64,000 bases of DNA from an uncultured Ruminococcus sp. (GTDB taxonomy: Bacteria; Bacillota; Clostridia; Oscillospirales; Ruminococcaceae): contig CANQVK010000014.1 of NCBI GenBank assembly GCA_947627275.1, positions 666-64,665 of the forward strand, given 5' to 3'. Under the pieces are notes generated by a model that did no database searches, was not told where the DNA came from, and saw only the letters and a list, made by a program, of their open reading frames with translations. This document shows positions 37,512-46,741 of this stretch, in pieces (position 1 is the first letter of the stretch; the number at the start of each line of letters is the position of its first letter). Position numbers and translations under genes: made by a program.

Positions 37512-38861
37512 ATGTTTAAAAAAATATTGATTGCCAACAGAGGAGAAATTGCGGTGCGTATTATCCGTGCATGCCGCGAGTTAGGCGTTCGCTGTGCCGC
37601 TGTATATTCAACTGCGGACAGGACTTCTCTCCATGCTCAGATAGCCGACGAAGCGGTATGTATAGGACCTCCCGCAACAAAAGACAGCTACCTCAATATG
37701 AACGCCGTTATACAGGCGGCGGTGAACGTGGGGGCGGAGGCGATACATCCCGGCTTCGGATTTTTGTCCGAAAACGCAGAATTTGCCCGTCTCTGCGAAA
37801 AAAACGGAATAGTATTCATCGGGCCTTCGTATAAATCTATTGAGATGCTGGGCGACAAGGCGGCTGCCAAGGAGACTATGGCGGCTGCCGGAGTTCCTGT
37901 TATACCCGGTTCAAAGGGAGCTGTCAGGAGCATCGCAGAGGCAAAGGAAATTGCGGAGAAATGCGGTTATCCCGTGCTTGTAAAGGCGTCTGCCGGCGGC
38001 GGTGGACGAGGTATACGCCGTGTTGATTCCCCCGAGGAGCTGGAGCCTCAGATCATCGCCGCTCAGCAGGAGGCGTTAAGCTTTTTCGGCGACGATACGG
38101 TGTATATCGAGAAATTTCTCGTAAATCCGCATCATGTTGAAATACAGATAATGGCTGACAAAAAGGGCAATGTTATATATCTCGGCGAACGCGACTGCTC
38201 GATGCAGAGACGTAATCAGAAGATACTTGAAGAATGCCCCAGTCCTATCGTAAGTCCGGAGCTTCGTAAGAAAATGGGCATGGCGGCTGTTACGGCAGCC
38301 AAGGAGTGCGGCTATTACAACGCAGGTACTATAGAGTTCCTTGTGGACGCAAACCGTGACTTCTATTTTATGGAGATGAATACGAGGATACAGGTAGAAC
38401 ATCCCATAACCGAGGAAGTGACAGGCTTTGATCTTGTCAAGGCGCAGATAGAGGTCGCCGCAGATCTGCCGCTGCGCATTACTCAGGAGGACGTAAGGCT
38501 TACGGGTCACGCCATTGAGTGCCGTATAAATGCGGAAAATCCAAAGCTTAATTTCCGTCCCTCACCCGGCACTATAAACGCCCTGTACGTTCCCGGAGGG
38601 CCGGGAATACGCATTGACGGCGCAGTTTATCAGGGCTACACCATTACGCCATACTATGATTCCATGATAAGCAAGCTTATCGTTCACGGCTCGGACAGAG
38701 ACGAGGCTATCCGCAAGATGAGGTGGGCGCTGTCCGAGTTTATTGTAGACGGCGTTGATACGAATATCGACTTCCAGCTTGAGATCATCAAACAGCCGGA
38801 ATTTATCGGCGGCGATTACGATAACGGCTTCCTTACACGCTATATGGAAGCCAAGAAGTAA
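37512..38861 (+). CDS. accC: Biotin carboxylase
   Basis: LIANRGEIAVRI, GGGGRG, RDCSMQRRNQK, EMNTRIQVEH. Confidence 0.97.
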   Translation: MFKKILIANRGEIAVRIIRACRELGVRCAAVYSTADRTSLHAQIADEAVCIGPPATKDSYLNMNAVIQAAVNVGAEAIHPGFGFLSENAEFARLCEKNGIVFIGPSYKSIEMLGDKAAAKETMAAAGVPVIPGSKGAVRSIAEAKEIAEKCGYPVLVKASAGGGGRGIRRVDSPEELEPQIIAAQQEALSFFGDDTVYIEKFLVNPHHVEIQIMADKKGNVIYLGERDCSMQRRNQKILEECPSPIVSPELRKKMGMAAVTAAKECGYYNAGTIEFLVDANRDFYFMEMNTRIQVEHPITEEVTGFDLVKAQIEVAADLPLRITQEDVRLTGHAIECRINAENPKLNFRPSPGTINALYVPGGPGIRIDGAVYQGYTITPYYDSMISKLIVHGSDRDEAIRKMRWALSEFIVDGVDTNIDFQLEIIKQPEFIGGDYDNGFLTRYMEAKK

Positions 38862-38874
38862 GGCGGTGATATAG

Positions 38875-39720
38875 ATGTTTAATGACTTTTTTAACGTTGT
38901 AAAAACACGTTTCAACGGAACTTCCGATGAAGATTCCGTGCCGATGTTCAAGTGTCCGAGATGTCAGAGTACTTATGCGCTGAGCAGATATGAGGAGTTG
39001 CACAGGGTATGCCCCGCATGCGGCTATCATGGCAGACTTTCCGCACCCGAACGTATTGCTCTTACCTTTGATAAGGGCAGCTTCGAGGAGTTTGACGGCA
39101 ATATGATAAGCTGCGACCCGATAAGCTTTCCGGATTATCCGCAGAAGCAGGAGGAGCTTCGCAGATCTACAGGTCTGAACGACGCCATTATCACGGGAAC
39201 AGCATTGTTAAAGGGGATCAAAACCGTTGTGGGCGTTATGGATTCCAGATATATGATGGCGTCTATGGGCAGCGTAGTAGGGGAGAAGATCACGCGTGCC
39301 TTTGAGTATGCTACGGAAAACGACCTGCCCGTTATCATGTTCACGGCTTCGGGCGGCGCAAGAATGCAGGAGGGAATAGTTTCGCTCATGCAGATGGCAA
39401 AGACCTCGGGCGCTGTAAAGCTTCACAGCGACAAGGGCGGACTGTATGTAACGGTTCTCACAGATCCGACTACAGGCGGCGTTACGGCAAGCTTCGCCTC
39501 TTTGGGGGACATTATTATCGCCGAGCCGAAAATACTTATCGGCTTTGCAGGCAGACGCGTTATCGAAAGCACCATGAAACAGCGTCTGCCCGAGGATTTT
39601 CAGCTTGCTGAATTTATGCAGGATAAGGGCTTCGTGGATATGATAGTCGAAAGAAAGAAAATGCGTTCTGTTCTTGCCAATATTTTGGCATTGCACGGCT
39701 GCGGAGAAAAGGAGGTCTGA
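38875..39720 (+). CDS. accD: Acetyl-CoA carboxylase carboxyltransferase beta
   Basis: CPRC...CPAC zinc finger, MASMGSVVGEK, GGARMQEG. Confidence 0.96.
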   Translation: MFNDFFNVVKTRFNGTSDEDSVPMFKCPRCQSTYALSRYEELHRVCPACGYHGRLSAPERIALTFDKGSFEEFDGNMISCDPISFPDYPQKQEELRRSTGLNDAIITGTALLKGIKTVVGVMDSRYMMASMGSVVGEKITRAFEYATENDLPVIMFTASGGARMQEGIVSLMQMAKTSGAVKLHSDKGGLYVTVLTDPTTGGVTASFASLGDIIIAEPKILIGFAGRRVIESTMKQRLPEDFQLAEFMQDKGFVDMIVERKKMRSVLANILALHGCGEKEV

Positions 39721-39723
39721 GCT

Positions 39724-40530
39724 TTGGAGAACAATAAAACTGCATGGGAGCGTCTTGCGCTCGTCCATACAAAGGGCAGACCTACCATAAGGGACTATAT
39801 ACCGCTTATTTTTACGGATTTTTACGAAATGCACGGCGACCGTCTTTTCGGAGACGATCATGCTGTCATAGGCGGTATCGCACGTCTTGACGGCAGACCT
39901 GTAACTATTATAGCTCAGGTAAAGGGAAGAAATCTCAACGAAAACAAGGATTGCAACTTCGCTATGCCGCTTCCCGAGGGCTACAGAAAGGCTCTGCGGC
40001 TTGCGAAACAGGCTGAGAAGTTCCACCGTCCTGTGATATGCTTTATAGATACCCCCGGAGCTTATGCTGGTATGGCGGCTGAGGAAAGGGGACAGGGCGA
40101 AGCTATCGCAAAGAATATAGCCGAGTTTATGACGCTGCGCACGCCCATTATATCCATAGTGCTGGGAGAGGGCGGCAGCGGCGGAGCTTTGGCGTTAGGC
40201 GTATGCGACGAGCTTGCTATGCTGGAGAACGCTCAGTACTCCGTAGTATCGCCGAGAGGCTTTGCGAGCATATTATGGAAGGACGCATCCCGTGAGGAGG
40301 AAGCGTGCAATATAATGCAGGTCACAGCGGACGATATGGTGCGTCTCGGAGTGGCGGAAACCGTCATTGAAGAACCCCTCGGAGGGGCACATAACGATTT
40401 AGACAAAATTTCCGAAAATATTAAAGAATATTTGTCACTCAAAATTACAGAAAAATGCGAAAAAGATATTGACGAATTGCTAAAAGCAAGGTATACTAAG
40501 TTTAGAAAGATTGGCGAGTTCATGGAATAA
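39724..40530 (+). CDS. accA: Acetyl-CoA carboxylase carboxyltransferase alpha
   Basis: MHGDR, PEGYRKALRL, IDTPGAY, GEGGSGGALA; TTG start. Confidence 0.95.
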   Translation: MENNKTAWERLALVHTKGRPTIRDYIPLIFTDFYEMHGDRLFGDDHAVIGGIARLDGRPVTIIAQVKGRNLNENKDCNFAMPLPEGYRKALRLAKQAEKFHRPVICFIDTPGAYAGMAAEERGQGEAIAKNIAEFMTLRTPIISIVLGEGGSGGALALGVCDELAMLENAQYSVVSPRGFASILWKDASREEEACNIMQVTADDMVRLGVAETVIEEPLGGAHNDLDKISENIKEYLSLKITEKCEKDIDELLKARYTKFRKIGEFME

Positions 40531-40580
40531 ACCGATTTTAGAAAAATTAATAAGAATAATTGAAAATGGAGGAAAAAATT

Positions 40581-40817
40581 ATGGTATTTGACAAGGTTAA
40601 GGAGCTTATCGTAGAGCAGCTCGGAGTTGAGGAAGAAAAGGTAACGGCAGAGGCAAGCATTCAGGACGATCTGGGTGCGGATTCTCTTGATATTGTAGAC
40701 CTCATTCAGACTATCGAGGACGAGTATGACCTTTCTATTCCAGACGAGGCTGTAGAGGGCATCAAGACCGTAGGCGACATTGTAAGCTACATTGAGAACA
40801 ACACAGAGACTGAATAA
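40581..40817 (+). CDS. acpP: Acyl carrier protein
   Basis: DLGADSLD phosphopantetheine site; GGAGG RBS. Confidence 0.97.
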   Translation: MVFDKVKELIVEQLGVEEEKVTAEASIQDDLGADSLDIVDLIQTIEDEYDLSIPDEAVEGIKTVGDIVSYIENNTETE

Positions 40818-40827
40818 TTTCAGTATC

Positions 40828-40905
40828 AAAAAGACCCCCGATGAAAAGTCGGGGGTAAAATTATTAGAGTTAAAAAAGACGGCTGAAAATTTATTTCAGC
40901 CGTCA
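40828..40905. terminator. Twin hairpins between convergent acpP and oxidoreductase genes
   Basis: ACCCCGAT...GTCGGGGT and GACGGCTGAAA...TTTCAGCCGTC stems. Confidence 0.7.
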
Positions 40906-40910
40906 TATTT

Positions 40911-41444
40911 TTATGCGTTCATTCCAAGCTCGAAAGCCTTGAAGTTATTGGTAATAAGCTGCGCCTTTGCAGGGGGAACGATCTTCTCGATAGCCTTTTT
41001 AAAGACGTCAACGGTAAACAGCTCAGTTTCTTTAAGAACCTTGCCAAGAAGAACGATATTCGAGCCGCCCTTAAGTTCGTTGTCGTCCGCAAGCTGAGAC
41101 GAGGGAACGGCATATATATCTATATCCGTGCGTGTACACTCGTTCTCGATAAGGGTGCTGTCGTAGAAAACTTTTCCGCCGGGCTTTACATCGTTTACAA
41201 ATTTATCGAACGAGGGCTGGTTCATTGCGATGAGAATATCGGGAGCAAGAACCAAAGGCGAGCCGATCGGCTCATCGGAGATACATACGGAACAATTCGC
41301 CGTACCTCCGCGCATTTCCGGACCGTATGAGGGGAGCCATGAAAGCTCCTTGTTATCCATAAGACCGCAGTAGGCAAGTATTTTTCCGGCAAAAAGCACT
41401 CCCTGTCCGCCGAAGCCTGCCAAAAGTATTTCAGTAGTTGCCAT
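40911..41444 (-). CDS. 2-oxoacid:ferredoxin oxidoreductase gamma subunit
   Basis: [18 protein letters not shown]. Confidence 0.93.
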   Translation of the reverse strand: MATTEILLAGFGGQGVLFAGKILAYCGLMDNKELSWLPSYGPEMRGGTANCSVCISDEPIGSPLVLAPDILIAMNQPSFDKFVNDVKPGGKVFYDSTLIENECTRTDIDIYAVPSSQLADDNELKGGSNIVLLGKVLKETELFTVDVFKKAIEKIVPPAKAQLITNNFKAFELGMNA

Positions 41445-42199
41445 TACTTTCCGCCCTCCTCTGATGTAGTGTCCTTGTATACGCCAAGGGGATAGTATGG
41501 GATCATTTCATCCTGAAGTCTCTTGAGCGCCTCTGTAGGCGTAAGTCCCCAGTTAGTGGGGCAGGTGGAAAGAACTTCGATGATAGAGAAGCCTTTTTTA
41601 GCCTTCTGAGTTTCAAAAGCCTTTCTGATAGCCTTCTTTGCGTCACGGATATGAGGAACGCTGTCTACCGCTACACGATGAGCGTAGGCAGTTCCGGTAA
41701 GCGTGGAAAGCATTTCGCATACTCTTACGGGGTAGCCTGCAAGCTGAGGATCGCGTCCGAACGGAGTTGTCTGCGTTACCTGTCCGGGAAGAGTTGTGGG
41801 AGCCATTTGTCCGCCCGTCATGCCGTAGATAGTGTTGTTTATAAAGATAACGACGATATTTTCGCCTCTTGTAGCCACATGAACGGTCTCAGCCGTACCT
41901 ATAGCGGCAAGGTCGCCGTCGCCCTGATATGTAAATACAAATTTATCGGGATTTGTACGCTTTACGCCTGTAGCGACTGCCGGAGCGCGTCCGTGGGGAG
42001 CTTCGATCATATCGCAGCCGAAGTAGTCGTATGCCATTACAGAGCATCCAACGGGACATACGCCTATAGTATCGCCCTCTATACCCATTTCGTCCATAAC
42101 CTCTGCAACGAGTCTGTGTACGATACCGTGAGTACAGCCGGGGCAGTAATGGAACGTCACATCAAGAAGTGACTTTGGTCTTTCAAATACAACAGACAT
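41444..42199 (-). CDS. 2-oxoacid:ferredoxin oxidoreductase beta (TPP-binding) subunit
   Basis: YCPGCTHG, HGRAPA, QGDGDLAAIG...NNTIYGMTGGQ. Confidence 0.93.
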   Translation of the reverse strand: MSVVFERPKSLLDVTFHYCPGCTHGIVHRLVAEVMDEMGIEGDTIGVCPVGCSVMAYDYFGCDMIEAPHGRAPAVATGVKRTNPDKFVFTYQGDGDLAAIGTAETVHVATRGENIVVIFINNTIYGMTGGQMAPTTLPGQVTQTTPFGRDPQLAGYPVRVCEMLSTLTGTAYAHRVAVDSVPHIRDAKKAIRKAFETQKAKKGFSIIEVLSTCPTNWGLTPTEALKRLQDEMIPYYPLGVYKDTTSEEGGK

Positions 42200-43278
42200 T
42201 ACTCAGCACCTCCGACTTTCTTTATCTCTGCCAGAACTTCGGCAGGAGTGGGGATAACGCCGCCTGTACGTCCGTAGAACTCTACGGGCTTGGAGCAGTT
42301 TATCGCAAGTTTGATGTCATCTATCATCTGACCCATTGACATCTCAACGCTGAGGAGCTTCTTTGCGCTCTTTGCAGCCTCGTTTATCTCCTTAACAGGG
42401 AACGGCCAGAGTGTCTTGGGGCGGAAAAGTCCAGCTTTAATGCCCTGCGCTCTTGCCTCGTTTACAGCGGACTTTACAACTCTTGCAGTTGCGCCGAAAG
42501 CGCAGAGAAGTATATCGCAGTCCTCGGTAAGATAAAGCTCGGCGTCCGTTTCTTTAGCCTTGATAATATCATATCTTGCGAAACGGTCGGAAACGGATCT
42601 TTCAAGCTCATCGGGCTTCAGGTAGAGCGAGTTGATGATATGATGCGCTCTCTTGCCCTTGTGACCGTCGGCAGCCCAGCCGCTCTTATCAACGGAATTT
42701 GCCTTGATCTCGGGGAACGAAACAGGCTCCATCATCTGACCGAGAAGTCCGTCCGCAAGGATCATAGCGGGCATACGGTATTCGTCGGCTTTATCGAAAG
42801 CTCTGACTACCATGTCAACCATTTCCTGAACGGAAGCGGGCGCAAATACGAGAAGGTGGAAATCGCCGTGACCGAGAGCCTTCGTAGCCTGCCAGTAGTC
42901 CGCCTGCGAAGGCTGGATACCGCCAAGACCCGGACCGCCTCTCTGAACGTTGATGATGACCGCCGGAACGTCCGAACCGGCAATATAGGAGATTCCCTCA
43001 CTTTTCAGAGAAAGTCCCGGAGAAGAAGACGACGTCATAGCGCGAACGCCCGTTGAAGCGGCGCCGAGAACCATATTGATAGCTGCGATCTCGGATTCTG
43101 CCTGTAAAAATACGCCCCCTGCCTTATTCATACGCTTAGCCATGTAAGCGGCAAGCTCTGTCTGGGGAGTTATAGGGTAACCGAAGAAACACTTGCAGCC
43201 TGCTCTTATAGCGGCTTCGGCGAGAGCTTCGTTGCCCTTCATAAGATTTCTTTCCAAAGCTTTTACAGCCCCTTTCAT
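42199..43278 (-). CDS. vorB: 2-oxoacid (ketoisovalerate-type) oxidoreductase alpha subunit; true start may be TTG 43257
   Basis: MKGNEALAEAAI, GYPITPQTE, QAESEIAA, TSSSSPG. Confidence 0.88.
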   Translation of the reverse strand: MKGAVKALERNLMKGNEALAEAAIRAGCKCFFGYPITPQTELAAYMAKRMNKAGGVFLQAESEIAAINMVLGAASTGVRAMTSSSSPGLSLKSEGISYIAGSDVPAVIINVQRGGPGLGGIQPSQADYWQATKALGHGDFHLLVFAPASVQEMVDMVVRAFDKADEYRMPAMILADGLLGQMMEPVSFPEIKANSVDKSGWAADGHKGKRAHHIINSLYLKPDELERSVSDRFARYDIIKAKETDAELYLTEDCDILLCAFGATARVVKSAVNEARAQGIKAGLFRPKTLWPFPVKEINEAAKSAKKLLSVEMSMGQMIDDIKLAINCSKPVEFYGRTGGVIPTPAEVLAEIKKVGGAE

Positions 43279-43485
43279 TTATTTTTCAACCTTGATGGCG
43301 CAATCAGGACACATCATAGCGCACATAGCGCAGCCGATGCAAGCGGCGTCGTTAGTGCATATTGCATAGAAATAGCCCTTTTTATTACGCTTTTCTTTTT
43401 GAAGCTCCACAATTTTCTTGGGGCAGGCGGTAGCGCAAAGTCCGCAGCCCTTGCAGCGCTCAGTTATAACAGTCATTTTTGCCAA
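43279..43485 (-). CDS. 2x[4Fe-4S] ferredoxin-like delta subunit
   Basis: CKGCGLCATACP and CIGCAMCAMMCP; TTG start with AAGGTGG RBS. Confidence 0.92.
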   Translation of the reverse strand: MAKMTVITERCKGCGLCATACPKKIVELQKEKRNKKGYFYAICTNDAACIGCAMCAMMCPDCAIKVEK

Positions 43486-43594
43486 AATACTCACCACCTT
43501 TAATAGTAACGCTATCTGCAACTTAAGCGGAGGAACGCCGGCTTATCGCCCCGTCCCCTCTGCCCTTGGGCGTCTCACCACCCGTGGGGAGTCA

Positions 43595-43687
43595 CCCCTT
43601 TGGAATCTCAGTTGTCGTAAATTTCCCTGTATAAAGCCACGTTACGTATTTGAAACTTTATCTCACATGGCTTTATACAGGAAAATT
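43595..43687. repeat. Intergenic repeat arm plus long hairpin
   Basis: CCCTTTGGAATC arm at ~43595; CCTGTATAAAGCCA / TGGCTTTATACAGG perfect 14-bp stem (43626-43681). Confidence 0.55.
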
Positions 43688-43775
43688 TACGATATAGGAT
43701 TCAAATAGTCTCCTTTTAACAGAGAATACAGGTAACAATATCTCGCTTAGTTGTAGGCAGTATAATAGTTGTTAT

Positions 43776-44447
43776 TTACAAATCCCAAATAGGCTTTACA
43801 TATATTTTTACAGGACGGACGTTTCCGATTCCGTCAACAGCGCATAATTCCTCGGGATATGTTGTGAATTTAAGCGGCAGACCTGTTATTTCTGCGACCC
43901 TGTCCGCAAAATCCCTTGACTGTGCGATGATCTCAGCCGTAGTCTCGCAGCCTAAATTAGTATTGTTGACGACCGCCGTATGCTTCATACGGGACGCTTC
44001 TTCTATTTCAAACATAAGCTCTGCGGCAGCTTCGGCAGTTTCCGTAAGATTGCGCCGCTGGTTGATAACGTAAAACATATCGAGCTCGTCACGGAAACCG
44101 TTAAGAGCCTGCGCATACCTGCCCAAAGCGAAAGCGCCTGCATCGTCTCCGCCGACATCTATAATAAGGCAGCCGTCTCCCGAGGCAAGCTGTTCAATAT
44201 CGAACTGCACCGAGGGTACGTCGAGATTGCTGTTTGCGAAGTCGGGAGCGATCAACTCAATGCCGTTTTCCGCAAAAAGCTGTTTAAAATCCGCAGTTCG
44301 GAAATACGGATTGACCAGATCGAGATCGACAACGGTAACAGACTTCCATTCCTTAGCCGCTTCAACGGCGAGGTTCACGGAGAGATTGGTTTTTCCGCAG
44401 CCGTAGTGACCGGTAATAACTGTAATTCTTTTCATATTTTCCCTCAT
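43776..44447 (-). CDS. ParA/MinD-like P-loop nucleotide-binding protein
   Basis: GHYGCGKTN Walker A, DLDLVNPYFR, IIDVGGD. Confidence 0.85.
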   Translation of the reverse strand: MRENMKRITVITGHYGCGKTNLSVNLAVEAAKEWKSVTVVDLDLVNPYFRTADFKQLFAENGIELIAPDFANSNLDVPSVQFDIEQLASGDGCLIIDVGGDDAGAFALGRYAQALNGFRDELDMFYVINQRRNLTETAEAAAELMFEIEEASRMKHTAVVNNTNLGCETTAEIIAQSRDFADRVAEITGLPLKFTTYPEELCAVDGIGNVRPVKIYVKPIWDL

Positions 44448-44670
44448 TTAACGGCGGACTCGGGAAACTGAGATGTTCCCGAACACCGCTCTGTTTTTAA
44501 TTATATCACTTTCCGATACAAAATGCAATAAGATTGAATTAGCAAATACTAACATTGTAACAAATATAACTGCTCAGCAAGCTGAGCAGTCGAAACAATA
44601 TCATCGGGGAACTCCTTTTTATCTCAACTGGAATTGCTGTAAGGAAAAGACGCTGCGGCTGAGAAGCAGA

Positions 44671-45012
44671 CTAAAAGTTTCCGCCGTTCCAGCCCCAGTC
44701 GGCGGTTGCGGCATATTTCACATATATCCGCGACGGGTCGATAGAGAGCCTATCCTGAAGTATGCCGCATATTCCGGCAGTCAGCTTATTGAACGCCGCA
44801 GGGTCGGCTTTGCCGTAAACGCTGACCTCGACCATGGCGGCAGGGGAGTCGTTGCCTTTGAAATAGAGTATATGCTCTGGTTCGATACCGACCATGAGCC
44901 ACGCTTCGGACTTTCCGGGGATAGCTGAGATCGCTTTTCCAAAATCTGATTTCAGCTTGATTTCAGCGTCCTTTGAAACAGGAACGTTTGTTTTAACATT
45001 TATAAAAGGCAT
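44671..45012 (-). CDS. MIF/phenylpyruvate tautomerase family protein
   Basis: N-terminal Pro (MPFINVKTN), GKSEAWLMV, RIYVKY...WGWNG. Confidence 0.9.
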   Translation of the reverse strand: MPFINVKTNVPVSKDAEIKLKSDFGKAISAIPGKSEAWLMVGIEPEHILYFKGNDSPAAMVEVSVYGKADPAAFNKLTAGICGILQDRLSIDPSRIYVKYAATADWGWNGGNF

Positions 45013-45025
45013 AAATATTTCCTCC

Positions 45026-45727
45026 TCAGAAAAGATATACTTCGCCGTCTATTTCATAAACGGCAATGACAAATGGATTCATATGCTTGGTAAGAAGAAA
45101 ACTTCCCTCATCTGTCTCATAGCACGTATCACCGCCGATCTCCACCAGCTTTCTGGAGGAGATCTTATCTGCGGCGCCGCTGTCTACTGTGGCAAGCTGT
45201 CCCGAAACTTTTTGAAAATACGCCGCCGCCGTTTCATCAGTTTCGTCAAGACAGTCTGAAACGCAGATATAATTTATTGTGAAATTTTTGCCGAGGGAGG
45301 TTTCAACAGAATTGTAAAGGCTGTTGAAATAATCGTCCGTATCGGAATAGCCGTTATGTTCGCATACATATTCCAGAAATCCGGGATAATACAGGCTTTT
45401 AAGAAGCTCGGCGTCCTTGGTATTCAGCGCGGCGATAAAGTCGTGGAGCTTGTATATTTCCGTGAAATTCTGGTCGTCGGCATCGTCGTTTGCAAAATAT
45501 CGCGAGTCGTAGCAAATCTTGTAGGTTATTTTTTCATCGAAGTCGTGGCTGCGTTCGCTCATATGCGAGCCGTAGGGCATATCCTCCTGAGCAATGGTTC
45601 CCTTGCCGTCCGTATCGAAATCGCCCACCATGTTTTTACCCGATCCTCCGGAGCTTTTTCCGCCGCAGCCGACTGTTGAAGCGGCGGTCATAACGACAGC
45701 CAAAGCAGTACATACTATTTTCTTCAT
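45026..45727 (-). CDS. Hypothetical lipoprotein
   Basis: MKKIVCTALAVVMTAASTVGC lipobox. Confidence 0.75.
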   Translation of the reverse strand: MKKIVCTALAVVMTAASTVGCGGKSSGGSGKNMVGDFDTDGKGTIAQEDMPYGSHMSERSHDFDEKITYKICYDSRYFANDDADDQNFTEIYKLHDFIAALNTKDAELLKSLYYPGFLEYVCEHNGYSDTDDYFNSLYNSVETSLGKNFTINYICVSDCLDETDETAAAYFQKVSGQLATVDSGAADKISSRKLVEIGGDTCYETDEGSFLLTKHMNPFVIAVYEIDGEVYLF

Positions 45728-45737
45728 ATAAATGCTC

Positions 45738-46481
45738 CTATCCGAATGTATAGTATTTTCCGTCTTTTTCAGCGAAAACAATATCCGTTTCGCTTATAAT
45801 GCGGTGTTCTTCGCCGTCCTCGCCTTTTGCAAATATAAAGAATGTAAGGTACTCAAAGCCGTCCGCCTGTTCGGCAGCGAAGTTGTAGTAGTCCATATCG
45901 AAAATATCGTCAAGATAAGAGAAGAAATTCTTGATGCGGCTTTCTTCGGTTTCGTCCTCGGTGAGTGACGGACGTTCGCCTCGTATGCGGGTTATTTCAA
46001 ATTTACCGCTGTAGCCTTTGTCATTTTCCGATTCCGAATCGGCGTATATCTCGGCAAGCATACATTCTCTGAGATTGCTGCACTGAGCCTCAAAAGAGTT
46101 CTGTAACGTATATTCGCCGTTGTTTTCAGAAGAATCGCTGTAGTTTTCACGGAGATATTTGTCGTATCTTTCGGCGTAGTCGGGAAAAAGAGCATTTTTA
46201 TACGCATCGAAATCGCCGTTTTGAAAGGAAAGAAAGTAATTTTCGAGAGCAAGCATCAGTTCGGCAGGTATGGCTGTGTCGTCATAGTAGAGCTTTATCC
46301 CGTTTCGGTCGATACGGTACGTGCCGAGATCGTATTCTTCGCTGTCCTCATCGGGAGTTATAATCTCGCCGACGCCGTTTTCTCCGACAGAAACAGAAGA
46401 AGCGGAGTCCTTTTCGCATGAAGCAAGACAGATAAGACATGCCATAGCGGTAAGAACCGCAATAATTTTTTTGAATTTCAT
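45738..46481 (-). CDS. Hypothetical lipoprotein (possible distant paralog of neighbour)
   Basis: MKFKKIIAVLTAMACLICLASC lipobox; acidic. Confidence 0.75.
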   Translation of the reverse strand: MKFKKIIAVLTAMACLICLASCEKDSASSVSVGENGVGEIITPDEDSEEYDLGTYRIDRNGIKLYYDDTAIPAELMLALENYFLSFQNGDFDAYKNALFPDYAERYDKYLRENYSDSSENNGEYTLQNSFEAQCSNLRECMLAEIYADSESENDKGYSGKFEITRIRGERPSLTEDETEESRIKNFFSYLDDIFDMDYYNFAAEQADGFEYLTFFIFAKGEDGEEHRIISETDIVFAEKDGKYYTFG

Positions 46482-46628
46482 ATAGATCTCCGTTCGGTTT
46501 TATTATCACTATCTGCAACTTAATCGGCGGGTATAAGTTGTTGATAATAATATTATATCTCCAAATCTCACATATAATATGGTCTTTAGATGAAAGTTCT
46601 GTGATTTTCGTAGGGCGTTAAGACGTCA

Positions 46629-46740
46629 GGAATCATAAGGGAATAAGTTGTGCGTTTATGCTCAGGATGATATGTTCTGTGCAACACAGCAAAGTGCAAA
46701 TCAGACAAGCATAAACATGTAACTTATTTCTTTATGATCC
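46629..46740. mobile_element. MITE-like long hairpin directly after the typA stop
   Basis: GGAATCATAAGGGAATAAGTT...GTTTATGCT / AGCATAAAC...AACTTATTTCTTTATGATCC terminal repeats. Confidence 0.6.
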
Positions 46741-46741
46741 C

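Noticed and set aside
39208-40026. 272-aa minus-strand ORF
   Set aside because: Antisense to accD/accA.
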